From positions 704,001-768,000 of the forward strand of contig OY970355.1 of the NCBI GenBank assembly GCA_963718525.1: a DNA stretch of 64,000 nt, read 5' to 3'. Both the position numbers and the translations under genes were made by a program. This document shows, piece after piece, positions 20,396 to 30,753 of the stretch (position 1 is its first letter; the number at the start of each line of letters is the position of its first letter). Source of the stretch: Candidatus Dormiibacterota bacterium. GTDB lineage: Bacteria; Chloroflexota; Dormibacteria; Aeolococcales; Aeolococcaceae. The notes below the pieces were generated by a model. The model made no database searches. It saw only the letters and a list, made by a program, of their open reading frames with translations, and was not told the DNA's origin.

Positions 20396-20435
20396 CGCTA
20401 ATGGCCGTACGTATTAGCCTGATCCCGTAAATATT

Positions 20436-21266
20436 CTACGTGCCCATCAACTCCGCTACGTGGTCGGGTACGTAGGTGTAGGTGTCGAGCGACGGTCGCA
20501 CGTACCCCTCGTCGGACTGGCGCGGCGGCAGCGTCAGTGGGGTCTGGATGACGTCCTTGTATGGCACCTTCGACAGCAGGTGTGCGAAGCAGTTCAGGCG
20601 AGCGCGTTGCTTGTCATCGGCCTCGACCACGTACCACGGCGATTCGGGCGTATCCGTGTGGACGAACATGATGTCCTTGGCACGCGAGTACTCCACCCAA
20701 CGGAGGCGCAACTCGAGGTCGATCTGACTCAGCTTCCACTGTTTGAGCGGATCGGTAAGACGGATGTGGAAGCGCCGCTCCTGCTCCTGATCGCTGACCG
20801 AGAACCAGTACTTGATGAGGACAAGCCCTGATTCGATGAGCAGGTTCTCGAAAATCGGGCACTGGCGGAGGAACAGACGGTGCTCTTCGTGAGTGCAGTA
20901 GCCCATCACGTACTCGACGCCGGCGCGGTTGTACCAGGACCGGTCGAACAGGACGATCTCGCCTGCCGCGGGCAGACGATCGACGTACCGCTGGAAGTAC
21001 CACTGTGCACGTTCACGATCCGACGGCGCGGGCAAAGCCGCCACCTTGACGACCCGGGGATTGAGGTACTGCGTGATGCGGCTGATGGTGCCACCCTTGC
21101 CGGCACCATCGCGGCCCTCGAAGATCACGGCGACGCGGGCGCCACTCGAGCGGACCCATTCCTGCAGCTTGACCAACTCCACCTGGAGCCGCCGCAACTC
21201 CTTCTGGTACCGCTTGTCGGTCAGATATGTCGCGCGTTCGCGCTTGGACGCTGTCTTCTTTGCCAC
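20436..21266 (-). CDS. ppk2: Polyphosphate kinase 2
   Basis: FEGRDGAGKGG, QWYFQRY and FDRSWYNRAGVE motifs. Confidence 0.96.
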   Translation of the reverse strand: MAKKTASKRERATYLTDKRYQKELRRLQVELVKLQEWVRSSGARVAVIFEGRDGAGKGGTISRITQYLNPRVVKVAALPAPSDRERAQWYFQRYVDRLPAAGEIVLFDRSWYNRAGVEYVMGYCTHEEHRLFLRQCPIFENLLIESGLVLIKYWFSVSDQEQERRFHIRLTDPLKQWKLSQIDLELRLRWVEYSRAKDIMFVHTDTPESPWYVVEADDKQRARLNCFAHLLSKVPYKDVIQTPLTLPPRQSDEGYVRPSLDTYTYVPDHVAELMGT

Positions 21267-21576
21267 GACTCTCTATTGTGAGGGTCAGGAACACGCGATC
21301 CGGGCACTGTCGGTCGTTTGCCAGATTGGTGCGGGAGCGTCGACGCACCTCGGTATTGGCACGCCAGCTTCGCGGGACGGGACTGCTTCGCGCATCCACC
21401 CGTCCGAGCCCTCAATGAGCGTGATCTACGTCCGCTCCGCGGATGATCCGGAGCGACCATAGTATCAACGTGCCACGCGAGCGGCGCCGGTCGCATTCGC
21501 GCTGGCGGCGTCGAGCGCGACGTGACGTTCGGCGACGCGACGGCCAGGTGCAGCGCTGACCGCCGCGTCACCAGAT

Positions 21577-22926
21577 TCATGGTCGATCTCCTTCGCAGTG
21601 CGAGGACGTCCGGATATGCTCGGCTCGCTCTGGCCGTCCTCGCGCTGGGAAGACGACGCGAAAGGTGCTTCCAACTCCAGGCTCGCTCCGTACTTCGATG
21701 TGCCCTCGAAGCTCCCTGGCTGCGCGATGTGCGATGGAAAGGCCTAGACCGCTGCCTCCCGTTGCGCGCTGCCGCGCCTGGTCGATCCGGTAAAACCGGT
21801 CGAAGATCCGCTCCTGGTACTCGGGCGCGATTCCTATGCCGGTATCACGCACCTCAATGACCACGTCGTTTCGGTGTCGATGATGTTCGACGAGAACCTT
21901 GCCGCCCGCCGGAGTGTAACGGAGTGCGTTGGAGATGAAGTTGCCGATGACCATCTCAAGAAGCCGGCGGTCGGCGAGCGCGGTGACCCGTCGCCCGCCA
22001 ACGCCGAGCTGCACTCCCGCTGTAGAAGCGAGGGGAATATAGCGGGTCACGATGTCTCGACAGATCTCGTCCACCGACACGTCTTCGTTGCGAACGGTCT
22101 GAGTAATATCGAGCCGGGTCAGCTGCCGCAGGTCTGAGAGCAGCGCCTGCAGCCTTCGTGTTTCGTTGATCACATGCTCAGCAGCGCGTCGCCGATCACT
22201 CTCAGCTGCGGCCACCCCGTCGGCGAGCGCGAGGGCGCTGGCTGAGATCGCTGTGACTGGGGTTGCGATCTCGTGAGCCAAATCACCGAGGAACTGGCGC
22301 TGATTCTGATCAGCGCTTTCCAAGCGCGCAGCCATACCGTTGAAGGCTCGCGCAAGGGGACCGAATTCACCTTGCCCGTCCAAACCCATCCGTGTACTGA
22401 AATCTCCTTCGGCCATGCGATCGGCCGCATGAGTTGCGTGGCCGATCCGCCTGCGAAGCGCCCGCGATAGGTAACTCATGCCTGATGCTGCGCTGATCAC
22501 CAACAGAAGGATCGGGATGGCTGCGATGAAGAGCAGCTCATATGGTGGCGGCTCGATTACTGAACTGTAGTCGCTGACCGTCACTGAGCCAGGCGGCACG
22601 TTGCCGACGGCTGTGAGTTCGAGCGTCCGTTTCATCAAATCTGTTGGAAGCGGCGTAGAAAAGATGAGACGGCCATCCAGCTTCACGGTGATTTGGTCAT
22701 TGGGCAGAGCCGCCTCCAGGGTCCTAGCGTCGGGCAGGCGCTGCCCTGAGGCGACGAGAGAGGCGATATCGTGGGCCACCTCAGTCGCGTCTTGTCGATC
22801 CGCTGCTAGTTCGGTGCTCTGATGGACGAATGACAATAGGACTGCTGCGAGGACGATCGCCGGAAAGGCGGGCAGAATCATGGCTACCAGAAATCGGGCA
22901 CGAAGGGAAGTTCGAATGCGTTTCAT
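21577..22926 (-). CDS. HAMP-domain sensor histidine kinase
   Basis: Two TM helices, LAHEIATP H-box, NALRYT N-box, DTGIGI and GSGLGL motifs. Confidence 0.93.
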   Translation of the reverse strand: MKRIRTSLRARFLVAMILPAFPAIVLAAVLLSFVHQSTELAADRQDATEVAHDIASLVASGQRLPDARTLEAALPNDQITVKLDGRLIFSTPLPTDLMKRTLELTAVGNVPPGSVTVSDYSSVIEPPPYELLFIAAIPILLLVISAASGMSYLSRALRRRIGHATHAADRMAEGDFSTRMGLDGQGEFGPLARAFNGMAARLESADQNQRQFLGDLAHEIATPVTAISASALALADGVAAAESDRRRAAEHVINETRRLQALLSDLRQLTRLDITQTVRNEDVSVDEICRDIVTRYIPLASTAGVQLGVGGRRVTALADRRLLEMVIGNFISNALRYTPAGGKVLVEHHRHRNDVVIEVRDTGIGIAPEYQERIFDRFYRIDQARQRATGGSGLGLSIAHRAARELRGHIEVRSEPGVGSTFRVVFPARGRPERAEHIRTSSHCEGDRP

Positions 22927-23597
22927 TGCGGCTCGAGGCGATAACCGATTCCGCGAAGAGTCGTGATTGTGAGCGCTCCGAGAAGTTTGCGACGGAGCGT
23001 CGAAACGTGGACATCGACGGTTTTCGCGGTGAAGAATGGGGAACCCCAGACGTGCTCCAGTAATTGCTCGCGGCTGAACACCTGGCCGGGGTGCTTGAGA
23101 AACAGGGCGAGGAGATCGAATTCGCGCCGGGTCAACTCGACTTCATCCGAACCGTACAGACAGCGCCGCTGCTCGAGATCGACATCCAATGAGCCGAGGT
23201 GCAGTGTGCTTGATACTTCCGCGAATCCCGTTGCCCGGCGGAGGTGCGCCCGCACGCGAGCGACGAGCTCGTGCGCGAAGAAGGGTTTGACGATGTAGTC
23301 GTCCGCGCCCAATTCCAGGCCTGCAACACGGCTCACCTCATCGGCCCTCGCAGTCACGAACAATATGGGGATTGATGAGAGAGCGCGCGCCTGTCGCACC
23401 ACCTCGAATCCGTCCAAACCAGGGAGCATGACATCAATGAGCGCTAACTCAAGCTGCGCCTCGCGAAGCATGGCGAGGGCCCTTGGTCCATCTGCGGCCT
23501 CGACGACGTTGAATCCTGACTCTCTCAGGTAGAGGGCGACAACATCGCGGAGTGCCGCATCGTCCTCGGCCACGAGGATACGTGCGCCGCTCATCAT
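22923..23597 (-). CDS. OmpR-family response regulator
   Basis: EDD, IDVMLP, GADDYIVKPF and wHTH TLRGIGYR motifs. Confidence 0.95.
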   Translation of the reverse strand: MMSGARILVAEDDAALRDVVALYLRESGFNVVEAADGPRALAMLREAQLELALIDVMLPGLDGFEVVRQARALSSIPILFVTARADEVSRVAGLELGADDYIVKPFFAHELVARVRAHLRRATGFAEVSSTLHLGSLDVDLEQRRCLYGSDEVELTRREFDLLALFLKHPGQVFSREQLLEHVWGSPFFTAKTVDVHVSTLRRKLLGALTITTLRGIGYRLEPQ

Positions 23598-23639
23598 TCA
23601 ATTGAGTCTGTCATACGGTACGGACTGCGACTGGAAGCG

Positions 23640-23675
23640 GGGATGCCGACCCTGGTAAAGGAGGGTCGGCATCCC
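23640..23675 (-). terminator. Perfect 14-bp stem hairpin, likely terminator
   Basis: GGGATGCCGACCCT / AGGGTCGGCATCCC just downstream of the 23699-23944 ORF. Confidence 0.65.
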
Positions 23676-23698
23676 TGAGTGGAGCCTGCGATGGACTG

Positions 23699-23944
23699 CT
23701 AACTGCGCTGATTGGCATCCGCCGTGCGACCGTGAACCTCAGAAGGAGCGGGTCGCCAATCGGAGAGGCGGGTCCGCTCCGTCATGGGTGTTCTGGCCGA
23801 CCGGGATGCACGATCGCCGACTGGCTCTCCGGCGGGAAGGTCACGATCGAGGAAGAGCGGCAGACACATCCCCGCAGCAACGACGACGGACACCAGAGCC
23901 ATCAGGGCAAGGTTCAGGACGAGAGCGAAAGTGTTCATGCCCAA
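23699..23944 (-). CDS. Small hypothetical membrane protein
   Basis: N-terminal hydrophobic helix; followed by the hairpin. Confidence 0.45.
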   Translation of the reverse strand: MGMNTFALVLNLALMALVSVVVAAGMCLPLFLDRDLPAGEPVGDRASRSARTPMTERTRLSDWRPAPSEVHGRTADANQRS

Positions 23945-24476
23945 ACCGTACGCGTCGAAGGTTAGGGGATGGCAATGCTACCGTCATTTCTTGGCAAGTC
24001 GTATGGCCATTCCCCGCTCGGCAGCAAGTCATGGACTTCGGTGGAACCGGGGGCCGTATGCGCTGATCGGTGGCGGCGAGCGAATCCCGTGTACCGGGCG
24101 TTCCGGCATACCTTCAGGTCGGCTGATGCCAAATTATTCGTTCCGCAAACCGTCTGCCATTTCGGTGCCGGGGAACCCACACGTATCGGCTGATCCGCCA
24201 ATGCCGATCCTGGCCATCGACTGATCTCACGCCGCCGCTGTTGGCTCAGCCGGTCGACGTCGAGACGGCCACGACAATGGCAAATAGCACGAGCGTGACT
24301 AGGATGGATATCGTCCCGAAGACGGCGCACGATCTCCGCGCGTCGCTGCTCGGGCCCTAAGACGGCAGCGAAGATTGATCGTCGTTGTTTGTCCATGGTT
24401 CAACAACGGGTCGATCCTTCGACAGGTGCTGCAAATGCCAGCTCGTGCGACCACAAGATCTGCGAACGGGAGGCGG

Positions 24477-25286
24477 CTAGGCGACGACGCGTTTGCCCGC
24501 GATGCGCGGGCGCGGACCGAGACCCTCGCGGGCAGCTTGATCGAGCAGCGCGCTTACCTTGGCAACATCGAACCGCGTTCTCGGAGGACTCGGCCTGCAC
24601 AACCAGTCGACTAGCTCACTACCGCGTACGAAGGTGACCTTGTCCACCTCAGTCGGACCCTGCTCGAACTGCCCCCACAGCACGACCACGGGATCCACCC
24701 ATATCCTGATTCCGGTCGCGTGCTGGATGCGCTCCTTCAGAGCGGCGCTCGCACTCCCTTCTTTGGCAAAGATTCCGCGGTATTCCGAGACCATGTCGGG
24801 GTCCTCCAGCCATTGGAAGTGAAGACCACTCTTGTCGACGGTAATCTGCCCGAAGCAGTCCTTGGTGTCCAGCAGGAAGACACCTGTGCTACCAACGACA
24901 ACATGGTCGATGTTTGTCTTGTCCTCCCATTGAAGATCGTGCCATACCCTCCAGTCTGCGGGGGGCAGACGGCGTAGAGCCTTCGCAGTTTTCCGCTCGC
25001 CTTCACTGCCCCATTGCCAATTCTGGATCCGTGCCGGAGGGGACTCCCTCTGCCATGCGAGCGATCCGAGGAGCAACCCTGCTGCGATTCCGAAGGTGAC
25101 CTTCCACTGCCCGCCTACTACGAAACCGATGACACCGAAGATGACAGCGAGCCCCAGCCACAACGCAAAGAAGACACGGAACCGCCGCCGCCAGGCGCGT
25201 GCGAGCTCCGTGTATTTCTGCCCAGCTGATCGACCGCCACGCTGCGGGGTATTCACGACTTGTATCCTCGTTGGTCGATGTCCCAC
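24477..25286 (-). CDS. Membrane-anchored NERD (nuclease-related domain) protein
   Basis: Two TM helices, then W..GSEGE, HDL, NIDHVVVG...VFLLDTK. Confidence 0.85.
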   Translation of the reverse strand: MGHRPTRIQVVNTPQRGGRSAGQKYTELARAWRRRFRVFFALWLGLAVIFGVIGFVVGGQWKVTFGIAAGLLLGSLAWQRESPPARIQNWQWGSEGERKTAKALRRLPPADWRVWHDLQWEDKTNIDHVVVGSTGVFLLDTKDCFGQITVDKSGLHFQWLEDPDMVSEYRGIFAKEGSASAALKERIQHATGIRIWVDPVVVLWGQFEQGPTEVDKVTFVRGSELVDWLCRPSPPRTRFDVAKVSALLDQAAREGLGPRPRIAGKRVVA

Positions 25287-25350
25287 GTGCCGCTAAGTCG
25301 GGTGGTACACGCCTCCGTCAACCCGACCTATGAGCAGAACCTGGTCGGCA

Positions 25351-25692
25351 TCACAGAAGCCCCGCTCGCTCCGCTTCTGCCCATTCAACCAGCATCCCTG
25401 GCCCGCCCCACTCGTCCCAGACTGAGAGGTTCCGCTGGATGTACCCGGTCACGGTTGCGAGGCGAACGCGGGCGCCGATCATAGAGCAAACCCGGACTGT
25501 CTCTTCTGACCATCCCTCTGTCGAGGTCACGCAAGAATCGCTCCCAATCACCCAGCAGTTACCGACTTCGCGGGATGGCCGCTCGCCGGGTTCGACGCCG
25601 AGCGCCTCGAGGTAGGCATGGTAGGTATCACGAGTGAGTTCATCGGCGCTGCCAGCGCGGAAGAAAATTGCGTCCAGAGTGAGAAAGGTCAT
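25351..25692 (-). CDS. Hypothetical protein
   Basis: 113-aa ORF following a small upstream ORF; no motif recognised. Confidence 0.4.
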   Translation of the reverse strand: MTFLTLDAIFFRAGSADELTRDTYHAYLEALGVEPGERPSREVGNCWVIGSDSCVTSTEGWSEETVRVCSMIGARVRLATVTGYIQRNLSVWDEWGGPGMLVEWAEAERAGLL

Positions 25693-25707
25693 CGGTCGGT
25701 ACGGCGG

Positions 25708-25878
25708 TCAGCGCGTCGTCATGTGACGCCTGTCTGCCGGTCGGTTGTACTTTTCGATCAAGGCGACCGCTTCCGGCAGCGGCAGGACGGCGAGTTGCCT
25801 CGCTAACCAGCGAGCGCCGTTCTTGCGTCCCTTGAGTCCCACAGGTGTCGAGTGCGGTTTGGTCGTAGTCGTGGTCAT
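25708..25878 (-). CDS. Small hypothetical protein
   Basis: AGAAGGAG RBS before MTTTTTKPH. Confidence 0.4.
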   Translation of the reverse strand: MTTTTTKPHSTPVGLKGRKNGARWLARQLAVLPLPEAVALIEKYNRPADRRHMTTR

Positions 25879-26320
25879 CGCGTCTCCTTCTTGGCCGAGT
25901 GGGCCTCGGTTGAATGGTTGCTCCGTAAGCGCCGATGCAGTGTCACGAATCAGCGACAGCTGGGCGATCTCGTTCATCCAGTGCACACTGGCCGCGTCGT
26001 CTCTGACAGGGAAATGTTCCGAGAATGACGAGCAAGTCACGACAATCGCTGTCAACTATCGCCGGAAAGCCCCGGAGCTGAGTAGGGCAGGCAATAGGGA
26101 GACGCTCTGATCTGACAGATCGGAGTGCCATCCGATTACCTAACCCGCGATTACATCACTCCGCAGGTGCCCTGAGTGCGAATGCGGCGAATGCGTTCGC
26201 ATCGACTAACCCGATATTCCAGATTGCTTATAGTCGACTAATCCGCCTCACCGAGATCGTGACACCGCAACGCCTCATCGTCCGGGCCGACTGTTCAGCA
26301 CGCACCGACTGAGGGCCCGT

Positions 26321-27412
26321 CTATCCGTCCTCGACCCCGAAGATGGCCGCGAGCCGGGTCAACGTGAATCGCTGCCGGAGTGGACACGCACTGTTCTGGT
26401 TGGCGAACATGCCCTGTTCCCATATGGCCTCAGCCTGCGGGCGTGTGCGCTCCCAACGCACCGGAACGACGTACTCCGTCTTGTCTTTCGCCGCGTCTGT
26501 CCCCCAGAAGTACGTTCCCTTCAATGGCACGTCCGCGAGCCTTCGTTCTTGTCCGCCCACCTCGGCAGTAGCGTCGGCGAAAGGGCGTGCCTCACCAGTC
26601 ACATGCCCAACCCCCACGTAGCCGCTCTTTGGGATGCAGCAGAAGATTCGCGCATCGACGGGTAACTTGCGGAGGGTGTGGGAGAACCATTCCCCGCCGC
26701 CGGCCGCGACAAAGCCATAGTTCCGGGCGTCTTCCCAGACCCGACCGTCGGGATCCACACCAAAGTTGACGTACCAGTCCTTACCGTTCCACGGCTCCTT
26801 GTTCCGCACACCAAGGTGTCTCGGCGCTGTGGCGCCCGCATCACTCGCGGCATCCAGCAACCATGTCCGGGCAAGATAGGCCCGATCGCCGTCTTGGTAG
26901 TAGCGGAAGAAGGCGACATTGATGGGGACGCCGTAGCCGCTATTCAGGTAGGTGATGATCCGCTCGCTCGCAGGGTCCACCTCCGCGGCGATGATGGTCA
27001 GTTGGTGCTCAGTGTTAAGGGCGTCGGGCGGAGCGTCGCCAAACACCTCGCTGAAGGCCTGCTCAAACACCACGCCAGGACGGTATCCCGCGAAGGTGTC
27101 GAGCACCTGTTGATGGCTCAGCGTGCTGACCCAGGACCCGTAGTCCAGCGCTTGGGCGACCACCTCGCGAGGAGTCCGGTGACGCTTCAACTCCAAAACG
27201 TGCAGAACACCGTCGCCGTCTACGGCGAGCAGATCAATGACGCCCCCGTATGCTGTTGAGACCTGGCGGCCAATGAGGAGGAGGCGCTCTCCAAGCATGC
27301 TTGGGTCCTTCTCGAGCATGTCTTCGAGCTGCTGCTCGCGCGGTACGCCCAGGGGATCCAGCCGGTGAGGCTCGCCACCGTCGACCCTCCACAAGCCTAT
27401 CTCAAGTGACAT
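26321..27412 (-). CDS. NucS/DUF91-like PD-(D/E)XK endonuclease with C-terminal EVE/PUA-like region
   Basis: EQQLE, IGRQ, IDLLAVD, LELKR and VAQALDY nuclease motifs. Confidence 0.8.
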   Translation of the reverse strand: MSLEIGLWRVDGGEPHRLDPLGVPREQQLEDMLEKDPSMLGERLLLIGRQVSTAYGGVIDLLAVDGDGVLHVLELKRHRTPREVVAQALDYGSWVSTLSHQQVLDTFAGYRPGVVFEQAFSEVFGDAPPDALNTEHQLTIIAAEVDPASERIITYLNSGYGVPINVAFFRYYQDGDRAYLARTWLLDAASDAGATAPRHLGVRNKEPWNGKDWYVNFGVDPDGRVWEDARNYGFVAAGGGEWFSHTLRKLPVDARIFCCIPKSGYVGVGHVTGEARPFADATAEVGGQERRLADVPLKGTYFWGTDAAKDKTEYVVPVRWERTRPQAEAIWEQGMFANQNSACPLRQRFTLTRLAAIFGVEDG

Positions 27413-27973
27413 GCGAGTATTCTCGCCCGTGGCGCGATTAAGGGGTGAGATGGAATTACTTGTCTCCGCTGCCAACGACATTCAAATAGTTCAGCGAGCG
27501 CAATGGGCCTAGCCCGGCTCCGAGTTCGTGAGCTGCAGGAACTTGAGCCCTTTGATCTCGCTCGCGTACACAGCTAGCATTTGTTCTCAGCGCGCACCAC
27601 ACGCCGCCTCGTAGCAGCGCATCGCGAGCTCGCGGATGCGTCTTGTGCGCTAAATCGGGAAGCATCACTAGGGAAGTAGCTCCGATTCTAGGGCTCGGCC
27701 TCCTGGTGCATGCGGCCGTCCCAGTCGCTCGTGGTACGTCGGCGGGAAAGGGCGAGTTGGATATACCTTACCGGTCCGGGCATAGTGTGCCGATCGCATT
27801 GCCCATCCACAAGCCGCACGCGCGCCGGCGCGCTCGGAGATGAGCCGGAGGTGCGTACTCTGCGTCTTTCCGGTTGGCCCGACCGTCGAGCCGAACGTTG
27901 AGCTCTCAATCTTCCTAGTAGCCGGCACGCAGTCGCAGGTACGCTCCGCCCGCGATCCGTCTACGCTTCTGGC

Positions 27974-28753
27974 GTGATATACGACCGCCCGGTCAGCGAT
28001 CTCATGCGAGATGCCGCTGCCGCCATGACACCCCCCTTCTCTGTAGGCGACGTGGTCGCCTGGTTCAACCAGCATTACCCGAAGATCAAGAACAACACGA
28101 TCGGTGCTCACGTCCGGGGATTGACTTGGAACGACCCCAATCGGAAGCACTACGCGTGGCTTGCAACGAAAGATCCCCTCTTTACCCGGACCGTATTTGG
28201 AAAGCTTCGGCTCTTCGACCCGGACGATGTTGGGATTGAGATCGGTGGCGACAACTCGGCAGATCTTGAGGAGGGCGATGGAGACGAGGTGCCGTCCACG
28301 GCGCAGGACGTTGAGTTCGTTCTGGAGAATCAGCTCGAGGAATTCCTCGTGGGTAACTGGCACCGCATCAATTGGGCGCGGGACCTTCAGATATGGAAGT
28401 CACCCACCGGAGTCTCGGGGCATCAGTTCAACACGGCGGTGGGACGTCTAGATTTCCTTTGCATCGACGCCAAAACTAAGGCTCTCGTGGTGGTGGAGCT
28501 GAAGCGGGGACGACCCTCTGACAAGGTGGTCGGACAGATTGCCCGGTATATGGGGTGGGTTCGTCGGAACATCGGCTCGAAAGGGCAGGCTGTGGAGGGC
28601 CTGATCGTTGCGCACGAGAGCGACACGGCTCTGAGTTATGCGGTAAGCGAGATTCCGGGACTTCGTCTTATGACCTATGAAGTCAAGTTCGAGCTCTCAG
28701 CGGCGGGATTGCCAGACCCGCGGGAGGCGGCCGATTCGGCGATGTCAGGGTAA
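27974..28753 (+). CDS. NucS/DUF91-like endonuclease with N-terminal helical/wHTH-like domain
   Basis: LENQLEEFL, GRLDFLC, VVELK and VGQIARYMGWV motifs. Confidence 0.85.
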   Translation: MIYDRPVSDLMRDAAAAMTPPFSVGDVVAWFNQHYPKIKNNTIGAHVRGLTWNDPNRKHYAWLATKDPLFTRTVFGKLRLFDPDDVGIEIGGDNSADLEEGDGDEVPSTAQDVEFVLENQLEEFLVGNWHRINWARDLQIWKSPTGVSGHQFNTAVGRLDFLCIDAKTKALVVVELKRGRPSDKVVGQIARYMGWVRRNIGSKGQAVEGLIVAHESDTALSYAVSEIPGLRLMTYEVKFELSAAGLPDPREAADSAMSG

Positions 28754-29154
28754 GCATCGCCTCCAAGGTTGTCGCCGGCGTGGTGAAAAGCCCTCCATTA
28801 GGTCCCGCAGTTGTAAGGGACCACGGAGCTCCTGGCCGGGCCCGGGTGCGCATATGCACCGAACGGGGACTCGCATATTGGTCTGCAGATCGGGCCGGTC
28901 GACACATGAGGGATATGCTGAGTGATGTAGGGGAGGTCACGCCCACCCCCACATTGACATCGTACGTGACTCGACCTGTCCCATCAAGCCCTTGTTGGCG
29001 CCGGCTTTGGGTTCGGTGATCAATCCAAGTGCAGTGATGTGCCCTCGTTCTTGCCGTGAGACGCTGCGAGGACCGCCCACGCCGTTGTCGACACGAGGCT
29101 CCCCCGCGAGCACAAGGAGAACCAATGCGCCCAACTGCTTCAGCTCCGTCCCGC

Positions 29155-29595
29155 ATGAGGATCCACTTTCCCGGTGGCGAGCCGCTTATCACGGTACGAC
29201 GTCCACCCAAACAGTTCGGCGAGGTCGTGTACGTCCTGACCGCAAACCGGTTGATCAAGTACGCGCAGGAGCGATCGCACGTCGTCTATGTGGGACGCAG
29301 CGATTTCGGACTGCCCCGCCTTTGCGCTTCAGCTGCCATCCGAGGAAGGAGAGCCTTTCAGGACGAGCGTGGGATCCGGTCGATCCACGTCTGGCCATTG
29401 ACTTGGGCTACTGGGCGGGATGTGGGCACTGCGAAGGTCCTAGAACGTGCCTTCCTGCTCCGCTTTAGGGAATTCCACGGCGAGATACCCATTTTGAACA
29501 AGCAAGGGACTGGGATGCGCGAGCGCGACGAATTCGACTTCTTTCGGCGGATAGCGGTCGACCGGGTGATTCGGCAATTCGGCACCACTTGGTAG
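29155..29595 (+). CDS. GIY-YIG-like small nuclease
   Basis: VVYVL...VVYVGRS, R, LE..F and PILN pattern; start uncertain. Confidence 0.55.
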   Translation: MRIHFPGGEPLITVRRPPKQFGEVVYVLTANRLIKYAQERSHVVYVGRSDFGLPRLCASAAIRGRRAFQDERGIRSIHVWPLTWATGRDVGTAKVLERAFLLRFREFHGEIPILNKQGTGMRERDEFDFFRRIAVDRVIRQFGTTW

Positions 29596-30753
29596 GTGTC
29601 GACGAGTGCGCGACAAGTCTTCCGACAGGGCCTCCGTTTCGCGTTCGTGCGCAGACCACCACTTCTCAGCGAGCGGGTTCGGTTTCATAAAGTGCCAGTC
29701 GGGGTCTGCTCAGATGCCATCTTGGATCCCGAAGGTATCAACAGGTCGGAACGACGCAGGCTGATCCAGGATTACACGTTCCACTGTGCGGCCTTCCCAT
29801 CATGCGGCCACAGTTCGACGACATCACCTGACTCTCCTTCTACCGTGTTGTGCATCGACTGAGTCGGACCGTCTGAGTGAATGGCAGATCGTATGGGACC
29901 AGGGGCCGAGTTGTGTGATGCAAACGAGCTACCTCGGCAGCGCGAGGAGTGCAGCATGCTGTTCGGATGTCGCAACACGCTAAGCGTCGCCAGGCTCGTG
30001 TCTCGCAATCGCGAGTGGAGCGGCGTCCCACCCGATGTGACCATGAGCTGGCGCCGGTGGTTTCGAATCCTGCATGTAGCCCAGACCCTGCCAACTCGGC
30101 CGATGGGGGCGTCAGCGCCGGTGGCACTAGAGCGGCGATACAATAGTGACATGCGAACATCCGTACGGGTGCGCTGCCGAGCATGCGTGCCCACATCGCG
30201 TATGTGCCGGTACCGGCCTTTCAGGGAAATGAACGCTGCAGTTGTTGCAGAGCTGAATATGGATGGACGCTCGACCAATCCAGTGGTTCTCGTGGCGTGG
30301 GCTCATGGACTCTCCTGGGGGCTCAACTCTCTCGATCTCGGCACCCTCTACACCCTGTGACGTAATGACCGAGGGTGGGCTTCTAATCGACCCTCAGGCG
30401 TCATCCGCGAGGCGACCAAGCGTGTGCTGGGCGCGGGTTCGATGCACTCGATCAACGTTGATCTCCATCGACGCAAGCTCCGCACCAGCACCGGCAAGCA
30501 GTGGACGACGTCGAGGCTGACGATCGACACGAGAGCAGGCCCGCAAAACGAAACGTGGTGTCGTTGCCCTCTCCCGGAAGCCGCCGCGTCGATCGCGGCT
30601 GGTGCCCAGTGGTGGATGGCGGCCGTGCGGCCAATGCCGCCACCCGTGCTCAATCGTGAGGTCACAGCGACAATTCCCTGCTCTCGCGTTTCCGGATGCA
30701 CGGGCTGGAGGAAATTAGATCACTCGCTCAGTTGGCGCCTGCTGAAGGGCTGA

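Noticed and set aside
24040-24230. c-di-AMP riboswitch
   Set aside because: Only a GGGGAACCCA-like word matches; the other conserved blocks are absent
29596-30750. Overlapping short ORFs in the island spacer
   Set aside because: No motifs or RBS; probably decayed gene fragments
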